Positions 11,301 to 22,330 are shown, counted from the first letter of the stretch. The stretch: 44,050 bases of DNA from Sphaeroforma arctica JP610 (GCF_001186125.1 NW_014040310.1:47331-91380); one strand, 5' to 3'. Notes: a model not told the origin generated them from the sequence alone. Program-made: numbers and translations.

Positions 11301-12811
11301 TACTAGCCTGTAGGCGCGCAAGTATTTATTTCCCGTTTCGAGTTGAATGAACACCTATTATATGGGCCTAAAACTACATGGTACCAAATCGATACAAATC
11401 AAAACTTGGCATCACCAAAAGGGGATGCCCGACCCACAATATAGAGACAAACCAGTCAGAGAACAAGATAGTTGACCAGCTGCAAGAGTGGTGAGCTCTG
11501 CACACATATCACAGCCCATATTCGCGTTCGAGAGACACACTCCTATACAATCTGTGCACGTGTGTGACAAAGCCGCACAAGCCATGGTTTCCACCAAAAT
11601 TATAGACATTGATATTCCCTTCGGATGAAAGCAATGGACTACGATACTTCGCAAAATTGGGGAAGTACGACATGACGCAGAATCCAAGATTAGGAATTTG
11701 ATACCTCTCATGCACATCAGTATAGTTCACTACTATAACTGAAGTACGACAAGGCGCCTAATCTCAGATCAGATTTTGTACCTCTCGTGCACAACAGTAG
11801 ATTTCACTACTATCATTAGTCAGATACGACAAACCACCCCATGTACCGTGGCTACACCGTAATTGTGGATGTTAACACCTCTCACGAATGAATAAAAATC
11901 GCATTACGATAGAAGCTGGGGCACATACGAAATGTCTCAATCTATTCGGGTACGCCGAAAAGCTAGACTTTAAGGTCCTCTTTGCGCTATAGCAACAACA
12001 TCTATAGCACTGAACAGATACGACAGCACACTTCCCCCAGGTGCAACAATGGCCCCATGTTTGTTTAATAGGAAAATATGACAAAACGCAAATATACCTC
12101 AGCTACACCAAAATCACAGATCTTGATGTCTCCTTCGCGTGATAGCAACAGATTGCTGGGTTTGATGTCTCTGTGAATTACGCCTCTGCTGTGTATATAG
12201 TTGATTCCATCCACCAGTTGGACGAAATATCTGGAAGCAATAACGATAAAAAAAAAGCGTCATATACATGAACAGGAATGTAAGTCCGCTATGTTTATAC
12301 AAGGCACGTACATTTAAACTAAGTATATAGTTAGAACATTTCTCATATACATGAGAGTCTGAGTAAAAATTCCCCATTGCGAAAAGAAGCCTCACACACT
12401 GAGCTGACATGATAAAGGCGATCCAAGCACATACGAGAAGATCTAGGTGTAACCGCTCAGACATGAGGAGGGCAAATCGACAATGATCAACAGCAACTCA
12501 GACCTAAAAATCACAAGCTTTCAATCAAATCACATACGCAATGGTGTGCATCTGTAAATACATAGCCGCGCTGCGACCAACAAGACCAAAAAACTTAAGC
12601 CTGACAGATGTATTAAATATGTAATCACACGTGCACTTACGAGTGTGCCTGCCAAATGGGAAGACCATTCTCGCAGTTGTCAATCATTTCTTGCAGACCG
12701 CCGATACAGTATTCCATGGTGATGTACAATTTTTGTTTTTCTTCGTTGTAGAGCACGTCGAACAACTGAATGAGATGTGGATGACTCAACTTCCGTAACA
12801 AAGCAATCTCC
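8372..12811 (-). CDS. STK11: Serine/threonine kinase LKB1/STK11 ortholog (5'-partial: Gly-loop/VAIK exon not found)
   Basis: Phase-compatible exons: 12811-12641 ([29 protein letters not shown]), 12230-12098 ([25 protein letters not shown]), 10937-10801 ([20 protein letters not shown]), 10625-10371 ([22 protein letters not shown]), 9796-9596 ([10 protein letters not shown]), 9173-9108 (tentative) and 8474-8372 (polybasic RKSVKK + CSPM stop, a CAAX motif). [34 protein letters not shown] and a terminal CAAX are LKB1 hallmarks. Confidence 0.93.
9783..10140. repeat. Degenerate ~122-bp tandem repeat (3 units) in a kinase intron
   Basis: gaata(a/g)gtgttgtgctg at 9783, 9904 and 10028; tatggtgctcacg-type motif recurs at the same period. 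Confidence 0.8.
10913..11340. repeat. Degenerate ~130-bp tandem repeat (4 units) starting in a kinase exon
   Basis: Motif like ctgtaggtgcgtatgtgtccaattcctgt at 10913, 11041, 11178 and 11308. Confidence 0.8.
11660..11890. repeat. Degenerate ~80-bp intronic tandem repeat
   Basis: tacctctc(a/g)tgcac...ttcactactat...tacgacaa recurs at about 11700 and 11780, with weaker flanking copies. Confidence 0.7.
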
Positions 12812-12876
12812 CTGTATAATCACAGTAGGAGGGGCAGGATCGTGAGCGACTAGAATGAGCATACTTTCCATTCATT

Positions 12877-12901
12877 ATATATATATATAATATGTATACC
12901 C

Positions 12902-12961
<60 letters not shown>

Positions 12962-13076
12962 TATATATATATATAGATATATCTAAATATATACATATAT
13001 ACATATATATATATATGAGTGTGTATATGTATATATATATCTATATAATTCCATACATAAATATATGTATATATTT

Positions 13077-13107
<31 letters not shown>

Positions 13108-13120
13108 CAGTGTATATACA
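12877..13120. repeat. Imperfect (AT)n microsatellite
   Basis: Long interrupted AT run. Confidence 0.95.
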
Positions 13121-13191
13121 TTAAATATTTAAGTCATATTGGCGTGGCATCTTTCTGGCACTTGCAAAGCCGAAAACTTTATCCGCACTTT

Positions 13192-14837
13192 TTACATGTG
13201 CCGGCATCGGTTGGTATGTTTGGCATATATTTTGTGTCCAGTTGTTTTTAAGATAAAGCCGACAAATCCATGCTCCATAGTTACTGAAGAAATAGTATCA
13301 AAAGCACATACCGTCTCCGAAGGGCATGATTCTATGCTGCTTCTCTCAGCCAAGTCCACACTCATTGTCTCGTAGTTCAGTATGTGTCTGTCTATCCGTA
13401 ACTTTGGATCCTGGAAGTGTGGATCTACCGTCATGTATAGATATTAGGTATTCTCATATACATATAAATCATTTAGGGAGTGCTTTAGGTCTCTTGCTCT
13501 GTTGCTTGTAGTATGTAATACAATTTGCAACAACAACAAAAACAATGTACTTACGTGTAGTATGTCTTGAAAAAAGGCATGACGACAAGAACAGACCCAA
13601 AAACAAAAAAACTGACAATAATAAATATTTATGTACTCAATTTTATAATAGAGTATTCTGAAATCGTGCCTCATTTGATATTTTTATTGTTTTGTGAAGA
13701 AAAAAAACCCTACAAACACAGGTTTGACTTTGACTGCATTGCGGCGTGGGGAGCATTTGAAGTTTTTCCTACATCATGCGTAATAATCGCGAATGGTGGC
13801 TGCATCAAGTCACGAGTCTGCAGAATCTCTCTATTATGTCTCTGTTCTCCACTTCGCGACAATATACGGGCACGCTTCAATTGAATGAATTGAACATCAT
13901 TCAACCACAAAAATGATAGACTTGTATATTAAAAAAATGCAACTTACTTTCATCATTGTGCGCTGTTGTGACTGCTCTACCTCGACAATGTCACTCACAT
14001 GTTCGCCCTATTCATGGATATGGCGTGCACATTGAGATAAACAAGTCCTCTAACGCATATACATGATACAAAAATGTAAAAGATTTCTTACAAATTTATT
14101 CATAGAAATACAAATACCAGTATCATATGTAATCTCCTTATATGTGCTTTTTCAGAAGGCTGTGAGAATATTTATATTGAAGTTTCAACTTGAACTTAAT
14201 AGTTTCGGATAATGCTTTGTACAACCTGCTGAAACAGAAAGCGAATGGCACACGATCATTGGGGGTTGTAGTATCTGCTGAATTCATTCTAGAAAATATA
14301 TCATCCGCTGAACTAATATGAAGGATTAGGAATTCAACAACTCAACACAGTCGACCGTGCGTATTAAATATATGTGTGCGTCTCTATTTAACCCCGAATT
14401 CGATTGCAAGAAGTGCCTCTCGTCGTTCGCGGCTAACGCTTCCACCTGAGGCTACTATAATGACGCATAAATCGCAACCGATCTGCGGCCTCGCTAGCCG
14501 TCAAGTTTGTTTCGTAATTCGGAAGTTCTGTTTTCCTTTTCGCTGTATTATTATAACAAAATCCAAGCTGTTCAGGGTCCTCGAAAGAATTTGGCTTTTT
14601 CGATGCCGAAAATGTATTTTCAATGCAGTCGGAGGATGCCTTCAGCGGTACAGGAGCAAAGGAACATTGCTTTTTCAAGTCCAGGCATGATTCATATCCG
14701 CTATCCCGCGATCCTAGAGGCGCGTGCTTCCTGGTGTTTGCCACATGATTTTCCCAGGATCGCGTGCTGCTATGGGAAGATGTATATCTTTGCCGTTCCA
14801 AATACTTTTTAGGACAATCGATCGGTGTGGTAAACAT
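13192..14837 (-). CDS. Hypothetical protein, possibly multi-exon or decayed
   Basis: ATG-led 134-aa ORF 14837-14433 containing DSGYES. Further exon-like blocks with AG/GTAAGT borders (about 14007-13948 and 13565-13555) and ORFs 13910-13710 and 13434-13192. I could not join these into one frame or recognise a family. Confidence 0.3.
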
Positions 14838-15660
14838 CTTGTGCCCTGGCCTTCAATGCATGTCAATATTTTACTTACGCAGTAACTTTGACAAAACACT
14901 GCATTGTGTACACTGGATATGTTAGAGCCCTTGAAGGCTGCTCATATATAAGCTATATATAAGCTATTTATCTTAACACTTCTTGATTGAACTGTGCGTC
15001 ATACTTGGATTTCTCTGAAATTGACTCGCGGCAGCCGATATGCGTACAATGTACACATACGTAGGTCGTAGGTTACTACATAAATAACTAATTTGTATTA
15101 AAAGAAAAAAGAGGTCCGAGGGAGTATTTTTCTTCGTCTTCCAAAATTAAATATGTATTAGACAGACAATTGTCTAAACTTCGAGAGTACGCAACTTCGC
15201 AAGAGACTCTATAAACAAGCTGTAAATATTAATAGGGGGAGAGCTACATTCGCAAAAAAGAAAATCAAAAATCGTCTAAAAAAAATATAAATACAGTCTG
15301 TGTTCAAACTTCAAAGTCCTACATGATATTTATTTATTTTGACAAAATAGAAACAATGATGTTTTCAGGACTCTTGGACTTGGAGTCTTGGTCCGGCTGC
15401 TGTAAATATTATTACTATTTTTTCTTCTGACAGGCTGACACTCCTTCTTTTTTTCCAACACAACTTTATTCAGGAATTAGGAAACAATTGGAGCAGCTCA
15501 GTAGGTATATGGAGGAGAGCAGGAGGTTCAGGGTTACGTGATGACGAATTTCTCTCCACTTCAAAACATCTATTGGTGGACAAAAGAAGGCTCGGCGAAT
15601 ACAAAAATAAAGTATCAATATGATGAGTAATTGAGTACATATGAGCCTGTTCAACGTTGG

Positions 15661-15781
15661 AATGTTCACTGTTCAGTGTTCTGAGTTTCTGAGTTTCTGA
15701 AGTTCTGAGTTCTGAATTCTGAGTCTCTGTGAGACTCGACAGTCGACAGTCGACAGTCGACTCTGAGACTCTGAGACTCTG
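15661..15781. repeat. Stutter array of 6-8-bp micro-duplications
   Basis: tgagtttc x2, variants tgaagttc/tgagttc/tgaattc, gacagtc x3, tgagactc x2. Confidence 0.85.
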
Positions 15782-16136
15782 GGGAGGGGATAAAAAGAAG
15801 GTGTGGGTCCCTCCCCGGGTTCCGAGGACCGTCCCTTCCCTTCAGGGTTCTACAAAACTAGAAAATAAAGAGCACTCTCTCTATCTTATCTTAGATACCA
15901 ATTAATTATGTGATGTTATAGGTGTGGTTCTAATAGTGTGTAAAATAATAGGAGGTGGATTGGTAGGCACGGTGGTCTCAAAAACCGTGTCAGTAGACTA
16001 GTTCAACTCTAGCTGGGCGCAGTGGAGTTCTCACTTCGTCTTGGACTTGTAGTCATACTCTGACTTCAATTTTTTATTTTAAAGTTCTAAAGACTTTGAC
16101 TCTGAGACCGAGTCTGAGACTCTGAGTGTTGTTGAG

Positions 16137-16490
16137 TTTGTTTTTAAAAAAAAAGATCAATGTGAAGTTCATAGAATGTCTTTATACGGCACTTGTGACA
16201 ATTTTTTTTTAACCACTTCAGGCCCAGTTTCCTACCAGTCTCATACTATGTACTTTTTCGAGTTTAATTTGCTTAAATATAGGTGTATTAATGTAATTAG
16301 CGTGATTTTAAGACCGCACTTGCGAGATGTGTTTGTTTTCTGCCGGTTTGTTTGTTATCTGTCGGCAAGTCGAAAAGGTATGTATGAGACTGGTAGGAAC
16401 TGGGCCTGAGGTGGTTAATAGTTTTATTGTCAACAGTGCCGTAAAAAGACATTATTTTTCTGATAGGGAGAATTTTTTTTAAACAAACAA
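16137..16490. mobile_element. MITE-like element with ~70-110-bp terminal inverted repeats
   Basis: 16175-16247 (aatgtctttatacggcacttgtgacaa...aaccacttcaggcccagtttcctaccagtctcatac) is the near reverse complement of 16382-16452 (gtatgagactggtaggaactgggcctgaggtggttaa...ttgtcaacagtgccgtaaaaagacatt). Weaker symmetry extends into A/T tracts. No coding capacity and no clear TSD. Confidence 0.8.
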
Positions 16491-17989
16491 TTTACCTTGG
16501 AACAGAGCCCTCTCTTCGTTTAAAAAAACAAACAATTGAACATTGAATTTTTTTTAAAAGGATACATAGTATAAAAATACATCTATTTTTTAAAAGAACA
16601 AAACTAAAAAAGTTTAAAAGAACAAAACTAAAAGAACATGGCGTTATTCTGTACTTTAAATACAATCCCCTTAGGTATAGTGGTAAATATTTAATATACC
16701 CATTAGGGCCAGCTACCCCCCGGGCCAGAGGGCCGTAACATAGGCCGAGGTCGTAGGCGTAGGGCGTAGGGTGCTCTGGACTATAGCGAGTTAGCGGCAA
16801 TGACACTGTGTGAGACTGTGACTGTGAGTCTGTGTGACTCCTGTCTCCTGTTTAAAAAAAAAATGGTGTATACTATAGACTATAGTGTATACAGTATACA
16901 TAGGGTCCCGTCACTATAAAATTATTTTGAATTTTTGTTCTAAAAAAAGATTGCGTTGTGTAATGAAATCACAGAGCAGGACAAAATCCCTTGGACCTGA
17001 ATTTTACAACAGAACGGGACAACCCCAAATTCAACAATGTTGAACTACAGTGCAATTGTGTGTCTAATTTAGAAGACTATGAATTGTGCAACCAAACCAA
17101 GAGACCTATTAAAACAAACGCATGACCCCCTAGAAAAAAATACTAATAATAAGGCTGACGGACACAAGTCCGCAGGACACAAACGATCATATTTTACATA
17201 GTCTTCTTTTCTTCTTCTTGTATAATTTAGAAGGCTATGTATGTATAAAACGATATTTTTTTATAATATTCAGAAGTATGGATCCACGAATTCACGCTCA
17301 CAGGTTTAACAGAACATCGGCTCTCCCTCTAGTGTCTGAGGCGTTGTATTCTATTTCAGGTGATAGGTGTAGATTATGTACGGTACAATTGAGAAGGCTA
17401 TGTTTGTACCAATAATTGATACTTGAGTGTTGTATCGGTATTTAAAGTTTTTTTTACTGTGTACACGCTAAATAGTTCGGTACTTGGGCCAAAGTCGCCT
17501 TACGTAGGCCCATAAATATCGACCCTACCTTTGCGCATGGACCGGATGCTTTTTTGGACATGGGCTCGGGCGATAAATTTTTTATAGTGACGGGTGTCGT
17601 ATAGATAAAATTCCATGGAGTGTGCAGTGTGCAGTTCTGTACATTGTAGCAATGCCGCGTCGTCACGATTTCGACTTCGCGACTATAGAATTTTATCGGC
17701 AATAAATACAGTACCAATAAATTGGAGGGTGGCGGAGTTCGGACAGCGGACTGGCGTCTGGCCGTATGCATTTAGCTGGGGCCTGCAAATGTCCGTCTGT
17801 CCGATGTAAATAATGGAGAACTAGTTATTCCTTTTTAAAAAAAACAAACAAATAGGGGTTAAAAAATAAAGTTTTACATAGTGAGTCAGTGACTCAAAAA
17901 AAAAATAATGGCGACATGATACATCGTAAATAATTAATAAATATATACAGAGTGTACGCCTGTGCGGTTTGAAAAGAAGCGTAGATAAT

Positions 17990-19420
17990 TATGTACAAGT
18001 TCACGCTACGAAAAAGAATATGTTATGTGCTCCAATCTGCATGGTTTATATTGCCTGTAGGTTTGTGGTTTACAAGACTCACTCCTACATGATTGATTGT
18101 GCATGGTACTCAATGCCTCACTGGTGTCTGGGGTATGTTTGAATTTTGAAATATTAAGTCACATAATCATTCTTCGCCCAATTGGGTCACGCGCGCGAAA
18201 TCCACTAACAGGTATACTGTTGGATACCAGAATTAATCAAATGGGCTACTTCCCTTCCCGGTATAGGTTTCATATTCTCCTACATAGAAGCTTACAGTTC
18301 CAAATCACATGGCAACAATAATCGAGAGAAGATTTTGTGGTATGTTTATAGATGCTGACCGGTATGTATAAACCAGAAATTCGCCTTATCAAGCTATCAA
18401 CAATATGCGGTTACTCCTGGAACTTTGACAATGATAAATGTTTGATGGGTAAAATCCTCGATAAATTATCACATCTGCCAGTGAAACACACTTGTATGCG
18501 TCAATACTCGCGATATCGTTTCATTTAGAAATAGACAACGAGCATAGGAACAAAATTTTCACTCATTAGATCCGCACGCATGTATCCAGGTCGAAAGTAT
18601 GCGTCGGATATCAAAGTACGCACTCCGTCATCAAAAAATATCATTTTACAAATATTGTATCATACAGTACCAGACGCCATAGCATTAAAAATCATGTTGA
18701 GATATGATGAATGAGACAGTATCTTCCACGCTACTCACTCAATGATTTACTGTCTACATATGATATTGCTGGTAAGTACATACAGGTCAGAAGATTTACA
18801 ATGCTAATCGCGCATCAATGCTGTGCTACGCACCATCCATAGAAGGAGGGACCGGGGATATCTTGGAATTCGCTAATGTATACATCAGCAAAGTCATAAT
18901 TGTGGATTTCTATACTAATCATTGGGAGTGTAGGATACTCCAACCTCAGGAATACCAAGTCATACATGATTCGCTCATAAACTTTTCTTTGCAGGTTAAT
19001 TTCGTATCGCTTTTTGCTTTTTATAGGATCTTGCTCACCGAAATTAAAGATACAATGTCGAGAGGTGGGGCCCGTTAAACTACCATAGAAGTTAGCTACA
19101 CAACGACAGATCGGTTTCTTGCTGAAAATATACATGCACACAGCATAATTGGGTGACAAATACTGAAGGCACTTATAGACAATATTGTTACACTGTCACA
19201 ATATGATTAGTTCCCAGCGTCGTCGGTGATTTTTTATCATCTCATGTCTATCCCGGAGGATGTGTATGTATCTTACATATTTGAACCGATATTTGCCGAA
19301 TTGAAGGTGAAGCTCCAAACCTATCATTTTTGTTTTCTATTTGAACGATACAATTCACCCAGATTGTTCAGAACAGGAATGTATTTAACACTTATTTACA
19401 GCCAAAGTGCCGAGGAGACA
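17990..19420 (+). pseudogene. Possible decayed intronless coding region of unknown function
   Basis: One frame from about 18001 to 18805 has about 8 stops in about 270 codons. After a shift, the frame of ORFs 18818-19078 and 19226-19495 continues with 3 internal stops. That looks sparse for AT-rich DNA. No family recognised. Confidence 0.35.
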
Positions 19421-20239
19421 AAAAAAAAGTTGTTTAAAAAAAAAATCCCACCCCCCAATAAAGCTATAGTGTTAGTTATTTACATTTGTTTTTAAAAAAT
19501 ACTACAGAAGTACGAAAAACCCTCAAAGTTCAAGGTTCAAACTGTCAAAATGCCACTGTGGTAAATCTTTGTTTCTATTTTTTTGTTTAAACTTTTTTTT
19601 TTTGTTTAAACTTCTTTTTTTATGTTTAAAAAAAACAATAGAGGCAATAATCATATTCGTTCAAAAGATAAAAATATGAAACACATGGCAGTAAATATGT
19701 AAACTGTTGTCTCCTCCCCCGCACCCCCCCCCCACACAAAGGCCAAATCGTGATTTCTTTTTTTCTCCATCCACCCCCAATGGTTCGTTGCTTTTAGTTC
19801 TCCACCTACGCCAGTGATACCAGTGGTGACTTTATTTTACTTTATGAACACGCGATGATACAAGTAGCGTTTGGTGGCTGCGGAGTGTGGAGTTGTGGAC
19901 TGTGGACTGTGGAGACTGGAGTGGACTACTGCACTGCTTGTCATTTGATTGTTGCGGCGTATTTACGTGGCGTCGAGCTATCTCACACACAAGAAGAAGG
20001 CCTCGACCTCATTTATGTACCCGATAAGGCATGCTCACAGGCTATTTACACACCGCCACAGGGTACAGGCCCGCGGCCACAGGCCACAGCTCAATGCTGA
20101 AAATTGGCTGGGGTGATTGCATCACTAATGACGATCGCTAATGAAGGAAAGCGGAATGCCGAACGTGGGTCGTGGCATACTTTTCTTTCTTTCTTTTTGT
20201 TTTCTTTAAAAAACAAAATAAGAAAAAAGATACAAACCG

Positions 20240-22330
20240 TCTCTTTCTAATTTTTTTTATAAAAAATTTCGCCTACCCGGGGCCACAGGGCCCAAAATCT
20301 TGGGGCACCAGGTTTCTATTTAAATGCGGAAATAGTCTAATGCTTGTTTTATCACTCCAGACGGATTAAGCAGGTAGTTCTGAGCAATTCTTGTTTTTCA
20401 AGCTAAGTCATAGCACCAATATTTCACCTCTTAATCGTACTGTGAAGTTGGGGCCTGAAGAGCACGTTAAACACGACTAATGCACTTGTAGTGGCACTAA
20501 TCGAGTGTTCTTAGGCTCTGGAGATCATTTATAACTTATATTTAGGGGTTTTAATATATGAAGGTTATGTAAGAATGACGCATTGAATAGTCATTAGATG
20601 CAATTAGCGCATTATGCACATTTTGCGTGTCTCTCCTGTAATTCCTGCAAACAAGGTGTCAAACGAGCAAATAAAGAGTGCAAATAATCCGAAACATACA
20701 AGTGAATGACAACCATTTACTGCTTGTCAGCAGTAGATCTGGGCGTGCATGTTTATAACATGGACCTAGGATTCTTCTGCTTCAGTTTGGTTTTACAGTA
20801 AGTGAGCTTGGATTTTAGGCGTGCATCCTCTGAGAAGTCTTCGGACAGGCTTCCATCCTCTTTGGCGTACCTTTCTTTCATCAAAGGTATAGCCTCCTGC
20901 CACCTGACATCCGTTTTGTCTGCCAATATACTTTCCATATCAGTTTGATACCGTTTAGGAAAAGCTATAGTCTTCTTGCGCGCCTTCTTGCCTGTAGCGG
21001 GAACGTACTCCTCACCTCTCGCAGCAGCGGCTGCCATCGCTAGAGCCTCCTTCTCTGCTTGCGCTATCTCCGCTTAGCATCCGCTGCTTTCTTCGCGCTT
21101 GTTAACGTAGATATCAGCGTCCGTATATCCATTTCGTTAGGTAGAGAGTATCGGCCAGGATACATTAATTTTAGTTGTGAAAGCATTGAACCAGGCGAAT
21201 CTTTCCTAGTTAGTGCTTTAACTAGTACAGCCTGTATAACCCTCTTTTGTATAGAGTTTTTGGGGGCTCTAAAGGCAGTTCAATACTCGCCCACCAGGGA
21301 GTTTATTAACGTCTTCAGATGGATTGATTGCAGCACCGAGAGAGCTTGCGATGTCACGCAACAAAGCATCTGCATCTGCTGTATATACTATGTTTGCTAC
21401 ACGGGTAGCAGCCTTGAGCACAATTTGAGACATGCAACTCCTGCCATTTGGATGTGTTCTTTGGATTTCAGTGTTGTTAGTGTGTAATTCTGTACTAGGC
21501 AGGGCCTTTCTACTGTTACGACTCCATCCAAATGTCCGTGAGATATCTACTATTGTATTTAGACGTTCGTTATTATTCGTGCTGATTGTAACAAAGTTTT
21601 GACTTTCAGAGTGTGTGTATGTCTCACTTGGCGCACTCTTAGCACGTGATGGAGTATCAAGCGCACGTATATTCTCCGCAATATCTAAACGTGCTCTCTT
21701 AGCTGATGTGCGTCCTGATGAAGTACGCTGCACCTCGCCTACTACCTTGGTGAATCCCTTCTGACGACCACGTTTCCTAGCGCCATTCGTACCGTTGCAA
21801 GCACACTTACACTTCTTGCACGCGCTATTACACACTGAACAACGTCCTCGTTTACAATTGCATGTGCATTCGTCGCACACATCCTGGGGTATGCAACCAC
21901 AGGCCGTCCTATTGCCACTAACCTCCGAATAAAAGTCAATTCAATGCATGCATCAATCGATGGTCATTACACTATTCCGCAACGTGACCACCTGTTATCG
22001 TTGTTCTATGCTATCATGGGCTTATGTGACCCTACCATACACCTTATGAGCGATATATAACACACTTGGATGCTTCTTTGACCTTGCTAGCATGTCACAA
22101 TCGTGTTTTTTACCTACCACAAATCCGACCTACCCTCTGGTACGGGCACGCTAATAACTCGTGAAGTATTGGTGCTATGAACATGGTGTAAAAACAACAA
22201 TTGATCAGAAGTGTGTGATTAATCAAATTATGCTATGGTCTATTTCCGCATTTAAACAAAACTGCCCTGGCCCAAAATTCTGACCCGGTTAGTAGGCGAT
22301 TTTTTAGTTTAAATATAAGAAAAGATATGA
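20240..22330. mobile_element. Non-autonomous DNA transposon with long degenerate TIRs (~250 bp), possibly Sola3-like
   Basis: Colinear inverted blocks, left arm vs reverse complement of right arm: aaaaaatttcgcctac / aaaaaatcgcctac; tttaaatgcggaaatag exact (about 20319-20335 vs 22240-22256); ttctgagcaattcttgttttt / ttctgatcaattgttgttttt; tcatagcaccaatatttcac / tcatagcaccaatacttcac. Encloses a frameshifted gene. Exact termini and TSD not resolved. Confidence 0.75.
20753..21940 (-). pseudogene. Frameshifted, apparently internally deleted transposase-like gene
   Basis: Cys-rich N-terminus (CGC..CDECTCNC..CSVC..CKKCKCAC) and AT-hook-like RKRGRQKG. A frameshift near 21280 leads to AFRAPKNSIQKRVIQAVLVKALTR-KDSPGSMLSQLKLMYPGRYSLPNEMDIRTLISTL. 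A second shift near 21075 joins ORF 21037-20753. No DDD/E core is visible. Confidence 0.65.

Noticed and set aside
18815..19159. 114-aa minus-strand ORF
   Set aside because: No recognisable motif, and the plus-strand frame extends much further through sparse stops, so this is probably its antisense shadow.
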